Position numbers and translations under genes: made by a program. The notes under the pieces were generated by a model, which did not search any database, was not told the origin of the DNA, and saw only the letters and a list, made by a program, of their open reading frames with translations. Positions 1 to 9,944 of a DNA stretch of 64,000 nt are shown in pieces; positions within the stretch are counted from its first letter, which is position 1; every line of letters begins with the position of its first letter. Source of the DNA: a virus. Taxonomy: Duplodnaviria; Heunggongvirae; Uroviricota; Caudoviricetes. Location of the stretch: the IMG/VR virus record IMGVR_UViG_3300035498_001143. One strand, written 5' to 3'.

Positions 1-2063
1 ATGACTTAATAAACAATGAATGTGATTTCTTTGAAATTACATTAGAGTTTGTTATGGATAATAATGATTATAAAATTATTAGGAAGAAAACAAGAGGTGG
101 AAAACACGAATTAGAGTTTTTCATCAATAATATATCCCAGACAGAAAAGATAAACGATACGCAGGATAAAATAAATAAGGTTATTAAAATGAACTACGAT
201 ACATTCTTAGATACAGTTTGTATTGGGCAAGGTAAATCTGATAACTTTATGAAGAAAAAGCCTAATGAGAGAAAAGATGTGTTTGTTGAAATTCTTAATT
301 TAAATCAATTTGAGGTATTAGAAAAACATACTAAGGATTTAAAGAAAGAATTATCCACTCAGCTCATTGAAAAAGAAAACACTTTATATTTATTGCAAGA
401 TAGTGTTAATAAAGAAGATGAATATAATTCTTTAATTACTCAATATTCTTCCTATGCTAAAGATTTTAATAACAAAATATTAGATAAGGAAATAGAGTTA
501 AAGAAAGTAAGGGAAGAAAAAGCTCAGTATGATTTAATTATTAAGCAGAACGAACAGCTTTTAAATCATAAAAAGAATATTTATTCTTCTATCAATAACA
601 CAAAGAATAAAATATCTGCTACTGAAAATAAAGTTAATTCTTTTAATGCTAAGATAAATAATTTAAAAGTTAAGTTTGTTAATAATAAGAAGAATATTGT
701 TAGTTGCCAAGAGAGTATAAAAGAATATGAGGAAGAATTAAATGGTATTGTTATTGAAGAAATAAATGATGATAAGACTTCAATCAATAATCAGATAGAA
801 GAAATATTACAGCAGAAGAATGATTTAGAAACAGAAAAGACACAGAACTTAACTAATATTAAATCATTTAAGAACCAAATTGCTGAATATAAAATTCAGT
901 ATAATAATTTGAATGAATATAATAAGGGTGAATGTGAATTTTGTGGTAATGAAATCACTGCCGAGCATAAAGAAAAACATTTAAATGATTTAACTAAGAA
1001 GATAAATACTCTTACAGAGAATATTGAAGAAAATAATAAGCTTTGTGAAGAAATTGTTGATAAGGTTAATGAATTAAAGACCAAATATGTTTCTTGTAAA
1101 AACGCTTTAAATGATATTGATGAAAAAGTAAAAGAAATAAATAAATTAAAAATACGACAGGAGAAATTAAATTCTGCTATTTCTAATTATACAGATAAGA
1201 TAAGTTCTTTAAAAGAAGAAATGGCTGAGATTAAAGAACAAAAGACTGAGTATGACAATGAAATTATTTCTTTAAATAAAGAAATAGAAGATTTAAAGAA
1301 CGAGTTATCTGACTTCAATAAGCAATATGAAGAATGTAGTGTTGATGAAATTGAAACTAAAACATTTAATGATGGTGAGTTAGAGTTTGATATTTCTACT
1401 TTAAGAGATAAATTAGTAAAAGCTGAATCTAATAAGGCTGTTTATGAAGAAAAGATAGTAGAAATAAATAATAACAAACAGAAGTTAAATGAAGTGGTAA
1501 AAGAGATTGAAGATATAACTACACAAATATCTGACTATGAATCTTTAATAGAAGCTTTTGGTAAGAAAGGTATACAAGCTAATATTATTGCTAATGTATT
1601 ACCTGATGTAGAGAATGAAATAAATGAGGTATTAGATGCTTTATTTAATAATTCCACCACAATAGAATTTATCACTCAGAAAGACGATAAGAAAACAAAG
1701 GCTAAGAAAGAAATATCTTTAGAAACATTGGATATAGTTATCCACGATAAGGATAGAGATAGAAATTATGAAACTTATAGTGGTGGAGAAAAGTTTAGAA
1801 TAGACTTTGCCTGCCATATAGGTATGGCTAAATTCTTAGCTAAGAGAGCTAAAGCTAATATAGAGTTCTTTATGATTGACGAGGGATTGGGTAGTCAAGA
1901 TGATGAAGGTAGAGAAAACTTTATATTAACTGTAAATAAGTTAAGTGATATGTTTAAACAAATATTTATAATTACTCATATAGATGAAGTAAAAGATGCT
2001 TTTGATAAGAAGATAATTATAAATAAGGATAATATTAAAGGTTCAAAAATTGAGGTTCTTTAA
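1..2063 (+). CDS. sbcC: SbcC/Rad50-like recombination ATPase, C-terminal ~670 aa (5' end cut by window edge)
   Basis: The frame is open back to nt 1 with no stop. It shows a Q-loop-like IGQG, a long coiled coil with a CxxC zinc hook (CEFCG), the ABC signature YSGGEKFRIDFA and a D-loop FFMIDEG near the C-terminus. No Walker A is present, so the N-terminus lies upstream. Confidence 0.8.
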   Translation, partial: DLINNECDFFEITLEFVMDNNDYKIIRKKTRGGKHELEFFINNISQTEKINDTQDKINKVIKMNYDTFLDTVCIGQGKSDNFMKKKPNERKDVFVEILNLNQFEVLEKHTKDLKKELSTQLIEKENTLYLLQDSVNKEDEYNSLITQYSSYAKDFNNKILDKEIELKKVREEKAQYDLIIKQNEQLLNHKKNIYSSINNTKNKISATENKVNSFNAKINNLKVKFVNNKKNIVSCQESIKEYEEELNGIVIEEINDDKTSINNQIEEILQQKNDLETEKTQNLTNIKSFKNQIAEYKIQYNNLNEYNKGECEFCGNEITAEHKEKHLNDLTKKINTLTENIEENNKLCEEIVDKVNELKTKYVSCKNALNDIDEKVKEINKLKIRQEKLNSAISNYTDKISSLKEEMAEIKEQKTEYDNEIISLNKEIEDLKNELSDFNKQYEECSVDEIETKTFNDGELEFDISTLRDKLVKAESNKAVYEEKIVEINNNKQKLNEVVKEIEDITTQISDYESLIEAFGKKGIQANIIANVLPDVENEINEVLDALFNNSTTIEFITQKDDKKTKAKKEISLETLDIVIHDKDRDRNYETYSGGEKFRIDFACHIGMAKFLAKRAKANIEFFMIDEGLGSQDDEGRENFILTVNKLSDMFKQIFIITHIDEVKDAFDKKIIINKDNIKGSKIEVL

Positions 2064-2143
2064 TGTATTTTTAAAATAATCTTTAAATAAAAATATTTTT
2101 AAAAGAAAATCACTAATTTTTTTAATATTTTCGTTAAAAACAC

Positions 2144-2172
2144 TTGACAAAAACACTATATTATAGTACAAT
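2144..2172 (+). promoter_or_regulatory. sigma70-type promoter (TTGACA-17-TACAAT) upstream of the HU gene
   Basis: Exact -35 hexamer at 2144-2149 and -10 at 2167-2172. Confidence 0.55.
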
Positions 2173-2262
2173 GAGTGTGTCGAAAGAATTGTTACTAATT
2201 CGGCAGATACACAAAAATAATTCTTATGTTAAAAAAATAAAATTAGAAAGGAAACTAAAAAA

Positions 2263-2550
2263 ATGACAAAGAAAGAATTTGCACAGAAATTAGCAGAAAG
2301 ACTTGATACAACAAATGCAAATGCTTCAAGAAGTATTGATGCAGTATTTGATATTCTTGAAGAAACATTGGAAGCAAATGACACATATAGTCATCAGGGC
2401 TTTGGTACATTTAAGACTAAGAAGCAGGATGCAGCAACAAGAAGAAATCCTGCAACAGGTGAAACTATGGAGTGTCCTGCAAAGTATGTTCCTAAGTTCT
2501 CATACTCACCAAAGGTTAAGACAGCAGTAGCTAATATTACTGTTGAGTAA
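2263..2550 (+). CDS. hup: HU/IHF-family histone-like DNA-binding protein
   Basis: 95 aa with the GFGTF...RRNPATGE...PKF arm motifs typical of HU. A strong RBS (aaaggaaac) precedes it. Confidence 0.85.
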   Translation: MTKKEFAQKLAERLDTTNANASRSIDAVFDILEETLEANDTYSHQGFGTFKTKKQDAATRRNPATGETMECPAKYVPKFSYSPKVKTAVANITVE

Positions 2551-2638
2551 TTAATAAAAGCCATACAAAAACCTTCTTTTAGACCTTGTAGGTGATTAAT
2601 TTCATCTGCAAGGTTTTTGTAAATAATAAGAGGAAAAT

Positions 2639-3391
2639 ATGAAAGTTTTAAAAAGATTATTACCAATTATATTTATTTTAATATTATGGGGTATAGGTAG
2701 TTTATTTACAAAACCTTTATTCTTACCATCGCCAATAAAAGTATTTAATACATTTATCTCTTTATTACAAAATGGTATGTTAGTAAAAGGATTTGTATAT
2801 TCATTTATGAGAATATCTATTGCAACATTATTATCAATGTCTATAAGTGTTATTTTATCTATTTTAATTATGAATAGTAAGGTAATTGATGATTTAATGA
2901 CACCTATAACGAATTTTTTAAGATATTTACCTATTACAGCATTTTATCCGTTGTTGATGATGTGGTGTGGAATAAACGAAAGAATGAAAATAAGTTTTTT
3001 ATTCTTAGCAACTTTTGTTTATTTTTTACCTACATTAGTTTTAACAATGAAAGATATAGACCAAAATCTAATAGATACGGCATTAACAATAGGAGTTAAG
3101 AAATATCAATTAGTATACAGAATAATCCTACCTTATTGCTTACCTGTTATTTGTAAAACCTATTTAATGATGTATGGAATTGGTTGGACTTATATAGTAA
3201 TTGCCGAAACGGTAAATGCTAAATTCGGGTTGGGGCATTTAATAAATGTTGCAACATCAAGAGGTAGAACAGACCAAGTATTTGTTGTATTGATAATAAT
3301 TATTTTATTTAGTTATTTGTTTGATACATTATGTTCTTATATAATTGAAAGAATATTTAAGTGGAAATATACAGGAAAGGAAGTAAAATAA
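2639..3391 (+). CDS. ABC transporter permease, NitT/TauT (SsuC/TauC-like) family
   Basis: Six predicted TM segments and an EAA-like loop (ALTIGVKKYQLVYRIILPYCLP) typical of binding-protein-dependent permeases. Confidence 0.8.
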   Translation: MKVLKRLLPIIFILILWGIGSLFTKPLFLPSPIKVFNTFISLLQNGMLVKGFVYSFMRISIATLLSMSISVILSILIMNSKVIDDLMTPITNFLRYLPITAFYPLLMMWCGINERMKISFLFLATFVYFLPTLVLTMKDIDQNLIDTALTIGVKKYQLVYRIILPYCLPVICKTYLMMYGIGWTYIVIAETVNAKFGLGHLINVATSRGRTDQVFVVLIIIILFSYLFDTLCSYIIERIFKWKYTGKEVK

Positions 3392-4188
3392 TGGATAAAG
3401 ATAAAAAGAATTTTTTAAAGTTTGCAATTATTATAGGAGCTATCTTTTTAATTTTAATTATATTATTGTTTTGTTCAATAAGAGTAGTTCCTGGCGGTTC
3501 AACAGGTGTAGTAGTTAGATTAGGTGCAATTCAAGAAAATACTTTAAATGAGGGTTCAAGTTTTGTTGCACCATTTATTACAAAGGTAGTTAAAATAAAT
3601 AATAAAGTAGTAAGAACGGATGTAACAGGTACTTCTGCTTCTAAGGACTTACAAACAGTAACATTTACTGTATCTGTTAATTATCAAGTAATACCTGAAA
3701 AGTCTGCATACATATATAGAACATTAGGCGAAGATTATGAAAATGTAGCTTTAAGACCTGCCGTACAAGAATGTGTTAAATCTGTTGTATCTAAATATAC
3801 AGCAGAAGAATGTATTACTAATAGACAAGAATTAAGTACTCAAATGAAAGAGGAATTAAATCATAAAGTTTATGAGTATGGTATGGTTATTGCAGATATA
3901 AATGTAATAAATTTCGATTTTTCAGAAGAATTTAATGCTGCTATTGAACAAAAGACTACTGCACAGCAAAATGCTTTAAAGGCTGAACAAGATTTAGCAA
4001 GAATTAAGATAGAGGGCGAACAAAAGATTGCAGAAGCAGAAGCAGAGGCAAAGGCTAATGAAATTAAGAACGCTCAAATTACTGATGATACTTTAAAAAT
4101 GAAATTTATTGAAAAATGGAATGGTGAACTTCCTGCTGTTGTTGGTTCAGAAGATAATTTATTTAATGTAGATGATTTCATAAAATGA
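3391..4188 (+). CDS. SPFH/band-7 (prohibitin/flotillin-like) membrane protein
   Basis: N-terminal TM segment followed by RVVPGGSTGVVVRLG...PFITKVVKINNKV, the SPFH fold signature. The C-terminal half is an A/E-rich coiled coil. The start is moved from the ORF-track position to ATG 3391, which overlaps the upstream TAA and has an RBS. Confidence 0.7.
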   Translation: MDKDKKNFLKFAIIIGAIFLILIILLFCSIRVVPGGSTGVVVRLGAIQENTLNEGSSFVAPFITKVVKINNKVVRTDVTGTSASKDLQTVTFTVSVNYQVIPEKSAYIYRTLGEDYENVALRPAVQECVKSVVSKYTAEECITNRQELSTQMKEELNHKVYEYGMVIADINVINFDFSEEFNAAIEQKTTAQQNALKAEQDLARIKIEGEQKIAEAEAEAKANEIKNAQITDDTLKMKFIEKWNGELPAVVGSEDNLFNVDDFIK

Positions 4189-4209
4189 TTTTTATTCAAG
4201 AGGGCTTTT

Positions 4210-4245
4210 AGTAAGTCCTCTTATTTTTATGCTTTAAAAATTTAT
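4210..4245 (+). terminator. rho-independent terminator
   Basis: Hairpin aagagggc...gtcctctt followed by a T run. Confidence 0.5.
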
Positions 4246-4277
4246 TTTTTTAATAAAAATGTAAGGAGATTTTGTTT

Positions 4278-5387
4278 ATGAAGAATAGAATTTTAAAAAG
4301 AATATCTGCTATCAATTTAACAGATGAGGAAGAAAATTTTTTAATCCTTCTTGAAGATAATTTAGGTTTTGATGAAAAAACCGTTAAGGATATAAAGAAA
4401 GAATTATTGAGAGGTACAAAAACAATTCACGATATTGTAAAGGAATATCGTGAATTAGAAGATTTTGATTTAGATGAAGAAGAAAAGGACGATAAAGATA
4501 GATTTAATGCTTCTACAACAAAGATACTTACTAACTTTATTAAGGAAGATAAGTTTTCCAAGGAAGAAATAAAAGAAATTGGTGATGCAGTAAATAGTAG
4601 TAATGCTGACTTCTTTAAGGCTTTTGCTAAAGCTGACGAGAGAGGTGAATTTACTGCTAATATGTATATCGAAGCATTAAAATTAAATGATGAATATAGT
4701 TCAGATAAGATGGATAAGTTCTTGGTATATATGAGTAATATTAAGAGAAAACCAAATATGAGTACTATTGAATACTTTAAGAATATATTTTTACCTGCTG
4801 ATATTGAAAAGCTTTCTGATGATAGGTTTAAATATACTTTTGTTGCAAGTGGTACATTTAATGCTGTTGCTTCTTTAGCAAAAGTTCCTAAGTCATCAGA
4901 ATTAGTAAATGATATTATTACTGTAATGGTTGATTTTGACGTACATCACGCAATTGCTAATATGGTTTATTGTTATTTGAAGAATAAGAATAATATGGAC
5001 TTAATGGAAGAATTTTGCGAGGAAGTTCCAAGAGCAGACAAGGGTACAGAAGATGATGCTGCTTGGAAAGTAATTAGAAGAATCCTTGCTGAAAATGATA
5101 GAAGTTTCGCAGAGTTTGTTTTGGATGATTTAGGTATTGTAAAGAAATTCTTAAATGATGATGAAGCAATGAAAGATATGGAAGATTTGTATGAGGAATA
5201 CAAGGGCAATGCAACAAAGTTTAAGATTTTTAAAGATTGTCTTGCAGATGGTATAATTGATGAAGAAGAAATTTCAAAAATAATGTTTCAGAATGATACT
5301 GATAGAGAACATTTTGAGGATGAAGAAGAATATATCAATACATATAGTAAGAGAAATAAAATTCGTATGAGAATGGGTAAAAGATAA
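4278..5387 (+). CDS. hypothetical acidic protein
   Basis: ATG with an aaggaga RBS; no recognisable motifs; D/E-rich. Confidence 0.45.
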   Translation: MKNRILKRISAINLTDEEENFLILLEDNLGFDEKTVKDIKKELLRGTKTIHDIVKEYRELEDFDLDEEEKDDKDRFNASTTKILTNFIKEDKFSKEEIKEIGDAVNSSNADFFKAFAKADERGEFTANMYIEALKLNDEYSSDKMDKFLVYMSNIKRKPNMSTIEYFKNIFLPADIEKLSDDRFKYTFVASGTFNAVASLAKVPKSSELVNDIITVMVDFDVHHAIANMVYCYLKNKNNMDLMEEFCEEVPRADKGTEDDAAWKVIRRILAENDRSFAEFVLDDLGIVKKFLNDDEAMKDMEDLYEEYKGNATKFKIFKDCLADGIIDEEEISKIMFQNDTDREHFEDEEEYINTYSKRNKIRMRMGKR

Positions 5388-5403
5388 TTATATAATATGT
5401 ATA

Positions 5404-5437
5404 AGGAGTGGCTTAAAAAAGCTACTCCTTTTTTTTA
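5404..5437 (+). terminator. rho-independent terminator
   Basis: Hairpin aggagtggc...gctactcct plus T8. Confidence 0.55.
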
Positions 5438-5464
5438 TATTTTAGAAAAAGGTAGGTGATATAA

Positions 5465-5731
5465 ATGAACGAAAGTTTAACAGTAGAAATTTCTTCATAT
5501 ACAAAGGAAGATAAGTTAATTACAAGCGAAAAGTTTGAAATACCACTTAAATTATTTAGTGACCAAATGTTTATTCCTATTTTCTATAACGGACTTAAAA
5601 AAACATATTATGATAATTCTGTTATTGAAGATTATGAGGAGAAACATAATGGTTTTTGTGAAGTTACAATTAAAGCATTTAATAAAAAGTTAAATGCTAA
5701 AGTAGTAACAGATATAAAGAGAAATTTTTAA
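5465..5731 (+). CDS. hypothetical protein
   Basis: ORF with an aaaggtaggtga RBS. Confidence 0.35.
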   Translation: MNESLTVEISSYTKEDKLITSEKFEIPLKLFSDQMFIPIFYNGLKKTYYDNSVIEDYEEKHNGFCEVTIKAFNKKLNAKVVTDIKRNF

Positions 5732-5759
5732 AAGAATTTTTTATTTATCCTTAAAAATA

Positions 5760-5788
5760 TTGACAATGTTTAAAATTTGTTGTATAAT
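5760..5788 (+). promoter_or_regulatory. sigma70 promoter TTGACA-17-TGnTATAAT
   Basis: Exact consensus with an extended -10. Confidence 0.6.
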
Positions 5789-5829
5789 AAATTTGTTTAA
5801 AACCCTGTTTTTTAGGAGGTTACAACAAA

Positions 5830-6426
5830 ATGAATATTAAAAATTTACATTTTCAATATGAAAATAATATTGTTTTTGATAAATTAAATTTAAAATTTGA
5901 GGATAATCAAATAAATTGTATTGTTGGTAAATCAGGTATAGGTAAATCTACATTATTGAAATGTATTGCAGGTTTGTTAAAATATAAAGGAGATATTTTA
6001 ATAAATGATGAAAAAGTAAATATTGATGATGTTTTTATGATGCACCAAAGTTATACTAACTTTCCTTGGCTTACTTGTTTAGATAATGTTTTATTCCCTA
6101 TAAAGATAAAAAGAAAAATAAATAGTGAGGATAAACAACAAGCTATTGATTTACTAAATAAAGTGGGACTTAAAAATAATTTAAATGATTATCCTAATCA
6201 ATTATCAGGTGGTATGCAACAAAGACTTGCATTAGCAAGAACATTACTAATACAACCAAAGATATTACTTATGGATGAACCGTTATCTGCATTGGATAAT
6301 AATACAAGAACTCAAATGCAAAACCTAATATTAGACTTACATAATTCTATACATAACACAATTATTCTTGTTACGCATAGTGAACATGAAGCTAAATTAT
6401 TAGGTGATAAAATAATTAAATTATAA
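5830..6426 (+). CDS. ABC transporter ATP-binding protein (SsuB/TauB-like)
   Basis: Walker A GKSGIGKST, signature LSGGMQQR, Walker B LLLMDEP, H-loop VTHS. Confidence 0.85.
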   Translation: MNIKNLHFQYENNIVFDKLNLKFEDNQINCIVGKSGIGKSTLLKCIAGLLKYKGDILINDEKVNIDDVFMMHQSYTNFPWLTCLDNVLFPIKIKRKINSEDKQQAIDLLNKVGLKNNLNDYPNQLSGGMQQRLALARTLLIQPKILLMDEPLSALDNNTRTQMQNLILDLHNSIHNTIILVTHSEHEAKLLGDKIIKL

Positions 6427-6446
6427 AAAGAAAGGAAGTTTTGAGT

Positions 6447-6998
6447 ATGGCAAAAAGCTTATTTGAAAAATTAGGATTGGTAGAAAGTGAACCAATACAA
6501 CCTGTTTCTTATGATATTGAAGATATATCGTTTGACGATACATCAGAAGAAAAAATAGAAACAACAGATTTTAACGAGGAATTAATTTATCCTGATGAAA
6601 TTTATAAAAATGCTAAGTATGAAAACGAAAATAGCATTTATAAAATTCAGGAATTTAAAGAAGCATTACCTAAAACAATGTCAACAGAAATGATGAAACA
6701 ATCAGTTTTGGGTATATTAAAGCCTACTAATTTAGATGTTAATGATTTAATTGAAGATGGTAATGCAAGAATAAATATTTTAAATCAAAACATAGCAGCT
6801 CTTAATGATGAAAAAAATGATTATGTAAGTATTCTTTCAAAAGAAATTGCTGAATTACAGGCTAAGATAGAAAAGAATAAAGTTGATATAAACAATAAAG
6901 AAGTTTTTTCCGCAAAGCAATTAAGTGTAATTGAAGATGAAATTAATAAGATAAACAATATAATTAATTTCATTAGTAGTCCTACGGAAGGAGAATAA
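6447..6998 (+). CDS. hypothetical coiled-coil protein
   Basis: ORF with RBS; heptad-rich C-terminus. Confidence 0.4.
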   Translation: MAKSLFEKLGLVESEPIQPVSYDIEDISFDDTSEEKIETTDFNEELIYPDEIYKNAKYENENSIYKIQEFKEALPKTMSTEMMKQSVLGILKPTNLDVNDLIEDGNARINILNQNIAALNDEKNDYVSILSKEIAELQAKIEKNKVDINNKEVFSAKQLSVIEDEINKINNIINFISSPTEGE

Positions 6999-7000
6999 TT

Positions 7001-7804
7001 ATGATAAACGGTACATTGTTTGGAATAGGTGCAGTATTAGCAATATTGGCAACAACCAAAGTTTTATTTCCTAATGCTAAATTGTTTATTCTTATTGAAG
7101 GTTTCTTTAGTGGTTGGGTGGAAGATAAAACTAAAACTCCTGATGGAGCTAAAGCTGTATATAATAAAAAAATTCAAGAATTACAAGAATCATATAATAA
7201 GGCAAATGATACTTTACAAAAAGTAACAGGTAGAAAAATGACAATTCAAAAAGAATTAGATATTTATACAGAAGAATTAGCTACTATAGAAAAGAATTGT
7301 GAAGCATTAGCAAAGAAACAAATGTTTGATAAGATAGAACCTTTATCAGAACGTAGGGAAGATGTTCTTTTAGAAATAGAACAAAGGAAACATATTCTTG
7401 AAGAATTAATTCCGCAGGTTGAAGAAGCAAAAATGATAAATACTAAACTTCAAGAAAACCTTTCTAATATGAAAAAGGAAAAAGAGAGAATATTAAGAGA
7501 ATTAGAAACTAAGAAGCAAATGAAAGAAATTTATGATGAAATGGATGAACTTAAAAATGTTTCAACAACAAATCAGATGATAAATACAGTTCGTGAAGGA
7601 GTTAAGGAGCTTTCAGAACAGGCTGAGGGTGCTAAAGAGATTTATAATAATAAAAAGTCTACTAAGTATGAAAGAGCCAAAGAAGAAGCTCAAAAAGCCA
7701 TATCTTCTAATTATGTAGAAGAATTAAAAAAGAAATACGGTAATAGTGCTACTAAAGTAAATGGTACTGAGGTGGAGAAACAAAAAGTAACTGTTAAAGC
7801 TTAA
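7001..7804 (+). CDS. membrane-anchored coiled-coil protein (PspA/IM30-like at best)
   Basis: N-terminal TM helix then ~230 aa of charged coiled coil; the family call is weak. Confidence 0.4.
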   Translation: MINGTLFGIGAVLAILATTKVLFPNAKLFILIEGFFSGWVEDKTKTPDGAKAVYNKKIQELQESYNKANDTLQKVTGRKMTIQKELDIYTEELATIEKNCEALAKKQMFDKIEPLSERREDVLLEIEQRKHILEELIPQVEEAKMINTKLQENLSNMKKEKERILRELETKKQMKEIYDEMDELKNVSTTNQMINTVREGVKELSEQAEGAKEIYNNKKSTKYERAKEEAQKAISSNYVEELKKKYGNSATKVNGTEVEKQKVTVKA

Positions 7805-7882
7805 TTTGTTGTTTAGAGAAAAATTCTCTTTACATATATATACTAATTATAATACTTTTTCAAAGAAGGGAGTAACAAAACA

Positions 7883-8149
7883 ATGTTGAGATTAACAACA
7901 AAAGGGAAAATTGCCATTTTAATTTTGCTTTTAATTATTATTGGCGTAGCAGGATTTTTTGGTGTAAAAAAAGGTTGGATAAAGACAGGTAATATTAAAG
8001 AAAAGATTGAAAATATTACTTCTTCTGTTGGTTCAACAAGTAAGGCAAGTAAGAGTAAAACAACGCAAGAAAAGACCAATGTAATCAATTTATCTTATGA
8101 TGAATGGGTTGAATCTACGTCAGTCAGCCCCCTCTTTGTAGTAATACAG
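7883..8149 (+). CDS. exon 1 of a membrane-anchored SsuA/NMT1-like substrate-binding protein fused to an OmpA C-terminal domain
   Basis: N-terminal TM anchor, then a Ser/Thr linker, then ...NLSYDEW...PLFVVIQ. The frame stops 2 codons later inside the inserted element. Confidence 0.6.
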
Positions 8150-9944
8150 AGTTGAACAAGTTTTTTACGTGCTGAAAAATCTTAAAGTCAATCAAACTAC
8201 AACATAATTAGAAATAATAAGTGTGAATGTTACGAAAGTAGAAAAAATTGATTGAATGGAATATGGTGAAATAAAAGCTAATATATAAACATTTATATAT
8301 TAGTCCTAAGTTCTTTTAATAATAGGTAATCAGCAATTAAATATCTAAATAAAATCAATTATTTTATATGATATGGATTCAACGACTATTCTTGAAAAAG
8401 ACAATGGAAATTTGTCAATAGAAGTAGGACCTAAGTAGGTAGGTGAAATCCCTTTAAATCGAAATGGAAAGATAGTATTTTTACTATGATGATATAGTCT
8501 GTTCTTATATGAGAGTATAAGATTTATAATAAAACATTATAAAAACTAAATATATATTTAACTTTTTCACCTTTTTTCTATATAAGAAATATAGGAGGTG
8601 AAAAATAATGATATATATGGGATTTAAAACCAAAATATATCCCACAAAAGAACAAATTGAATATTTTAATAAATGTTTTGGAATAGATAGATTTGTTTTT
8701 AATTGGTATCTTTACAATGATAAAAAGTATTATGCTCAAGGAAATCGACAATCTTATTATGATTTAAGAGAAAAATTAATTCAATTAAAGCATACTCCAA
8801 AATTTAATTGGTTAATGACAGCAAATGATAGAATTTTGAATTGTTCGATGAAAAATGCTAAAATGGGACTTGACAAGTTCTTTAAAAAGCTTAATAGATA
8901 TCCAAATTATAAAACAAAGAAATCGAAAAATAAAAGTTTCTCTTGTGAAAGATGTTTAATAGATTCAAATTCTACTAAATTGAAAAGATTTAAGCATTTG
9001 TTTAATGGATTTCATTTTTATATTGCAGGAGAACAAGAAGAAGGAAAACGTAGTGCTAATGGATATTTTATAAAAACAGCGGAAGATATTACTTTTTTAA
9101 AAAATAAAACTATTAAAAAAATTACAATATCTTACGATGGAATAGATTATTATGTAAGTTTTTCTTATGAAAATAGCATTATTGACTATAATGGTCATAT
9201 TGTTGATGTTGTAGGTATAGATTTAGGGCTGAAAAAATATTCAGTTCAATCTGATAACCGAATAACAGTATTTCCCAAACAAAGGGTTTTTAAGTTAGAG
9301 AAAAGAATTAAAAGATTAAGAAGTATATTAAATAAAAAGGAAAAGGGAAGTAATAACTATAATAAAGTGAAAACCAAACTTAGAAAAAGTTATAGAAAGA
9401 TTACGAATATAGTTTTGGACTTTTTACATAAATATACTACTTATATATGTAAAACCTATAAAACAATTAAAATAGAAGATTTGACGATTAAAAAAATGCT
9501 AAAAAATCACAATCTTGCAAAAGCAATTCATCGTAGTTGTTGGAGAAAATTTAGAAATATGCTTCAATATAAATCGTTGTTATATAATAATAATTTGATT
9601 ATAGTTGATAGCTATTTTCCATCAAGTAAAACGTGTTATTATTGTAGAAATAAAAAGCAAGATTTAAAATTATCGGATAGAATTTACCATTGTAATGTAT
9701 GTGGTTATGAAAACGATAGAGATTTAAACGCAGCATATAATTTAAGAGAGTGGATATAATAAATAACTTATACTAAGAAAAGTTATTATTACCTTGGTTA
9801 AAGGAATTAAGAATTTGTTTTAATTATAAAGAGTAATTATTAAATTAATTATTACTTATATATTAGTTAAATGAATTTAGTTAATTTTTTATTTTGTTTT
9901 TATATGAAAATTATTAAATAACGAATAATAATTAACAAGACAGG
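8150..9944 (+). mobile_element. IStron: group I ribozyme module (5') fused to an IS605/IS1341-family TnpB element (3'); boundaries +/- 3 nt
   Basis: Group I core elements Q (AATCAGCAA, 8328-8336), R (TTCAACGACTAT) and S (GATATAGTCTG) lie in the 450-nt ORF-less 5' part. The tnpB ORF follows, and subterminal RE-like hairpins (agtaattatt...aattattact) sit near the 3' end, which ends in G. The host reading frame resumes in phase at 9945. Confidence 0.65.
8608..9759 (+). CDS. tnpB: TnpB (IS605 OrfB / IS1341-type RuvC-like RNA-guided nuclease)
   Basis: 383 aa. N-terminal MxxGFKxKxYPTKEQ typical of OrfB. C-terminal C4 zinc finger CYYC...CNVCG and a terminal RuvC-III-like DRDLNAAYNL. Confidence 0.85.
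   Translation: MIYMGFKTKIYPTKEQIEYFNKCFGIDRFVFNWYLYNDKKYYAQGNRQSYYDLREKLIQLKHTPKFNWLMTANDRILNCSMKNAKMGLDKFFKKLNRYPNYKTKKSKNKSFSCERCLIDSNSTKLKRFKHLFNGFHFYIAGEQEEGKRSANGYFIKTAEDITFLKNKTIKKITISYDGIDYYVSFSYENSIIDYNGHIVDVVGIDLGLKKYSVQSDNRITVFPKQRVFKLEKRIKRLRSILNKKEKGSNNYNKVKTKLRKSYRKITNIVLDFLHKYTTYICKTYKTIKIEDLTIKKMLKNHNLAKAIHRSCWRKFRNMLQYKSLLYNNNLIIVDSYFPSSKTCYYCRNKKQDLKLSDRIYHCNVCGYENDRDLNAAYNLREWI

Noticed and set aside
581-1084. Two minus-strand ORFs (581-787, 896-1084) inside sbcC
   Set aside because: These are antisense ORFs within an AT-rich coiled-coil coding region. Their Leu/Ile/Ser-rich products have no starts with an RBS.
2303-2530. 75-aa ORF overlapping the HU gene in another frame
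   Set aside because: It lies entirely inside a well-supported HU coding sequence, has no RBS, and its Met/Gln-rich low-complexity product is typical of an out-of-frame artefact.
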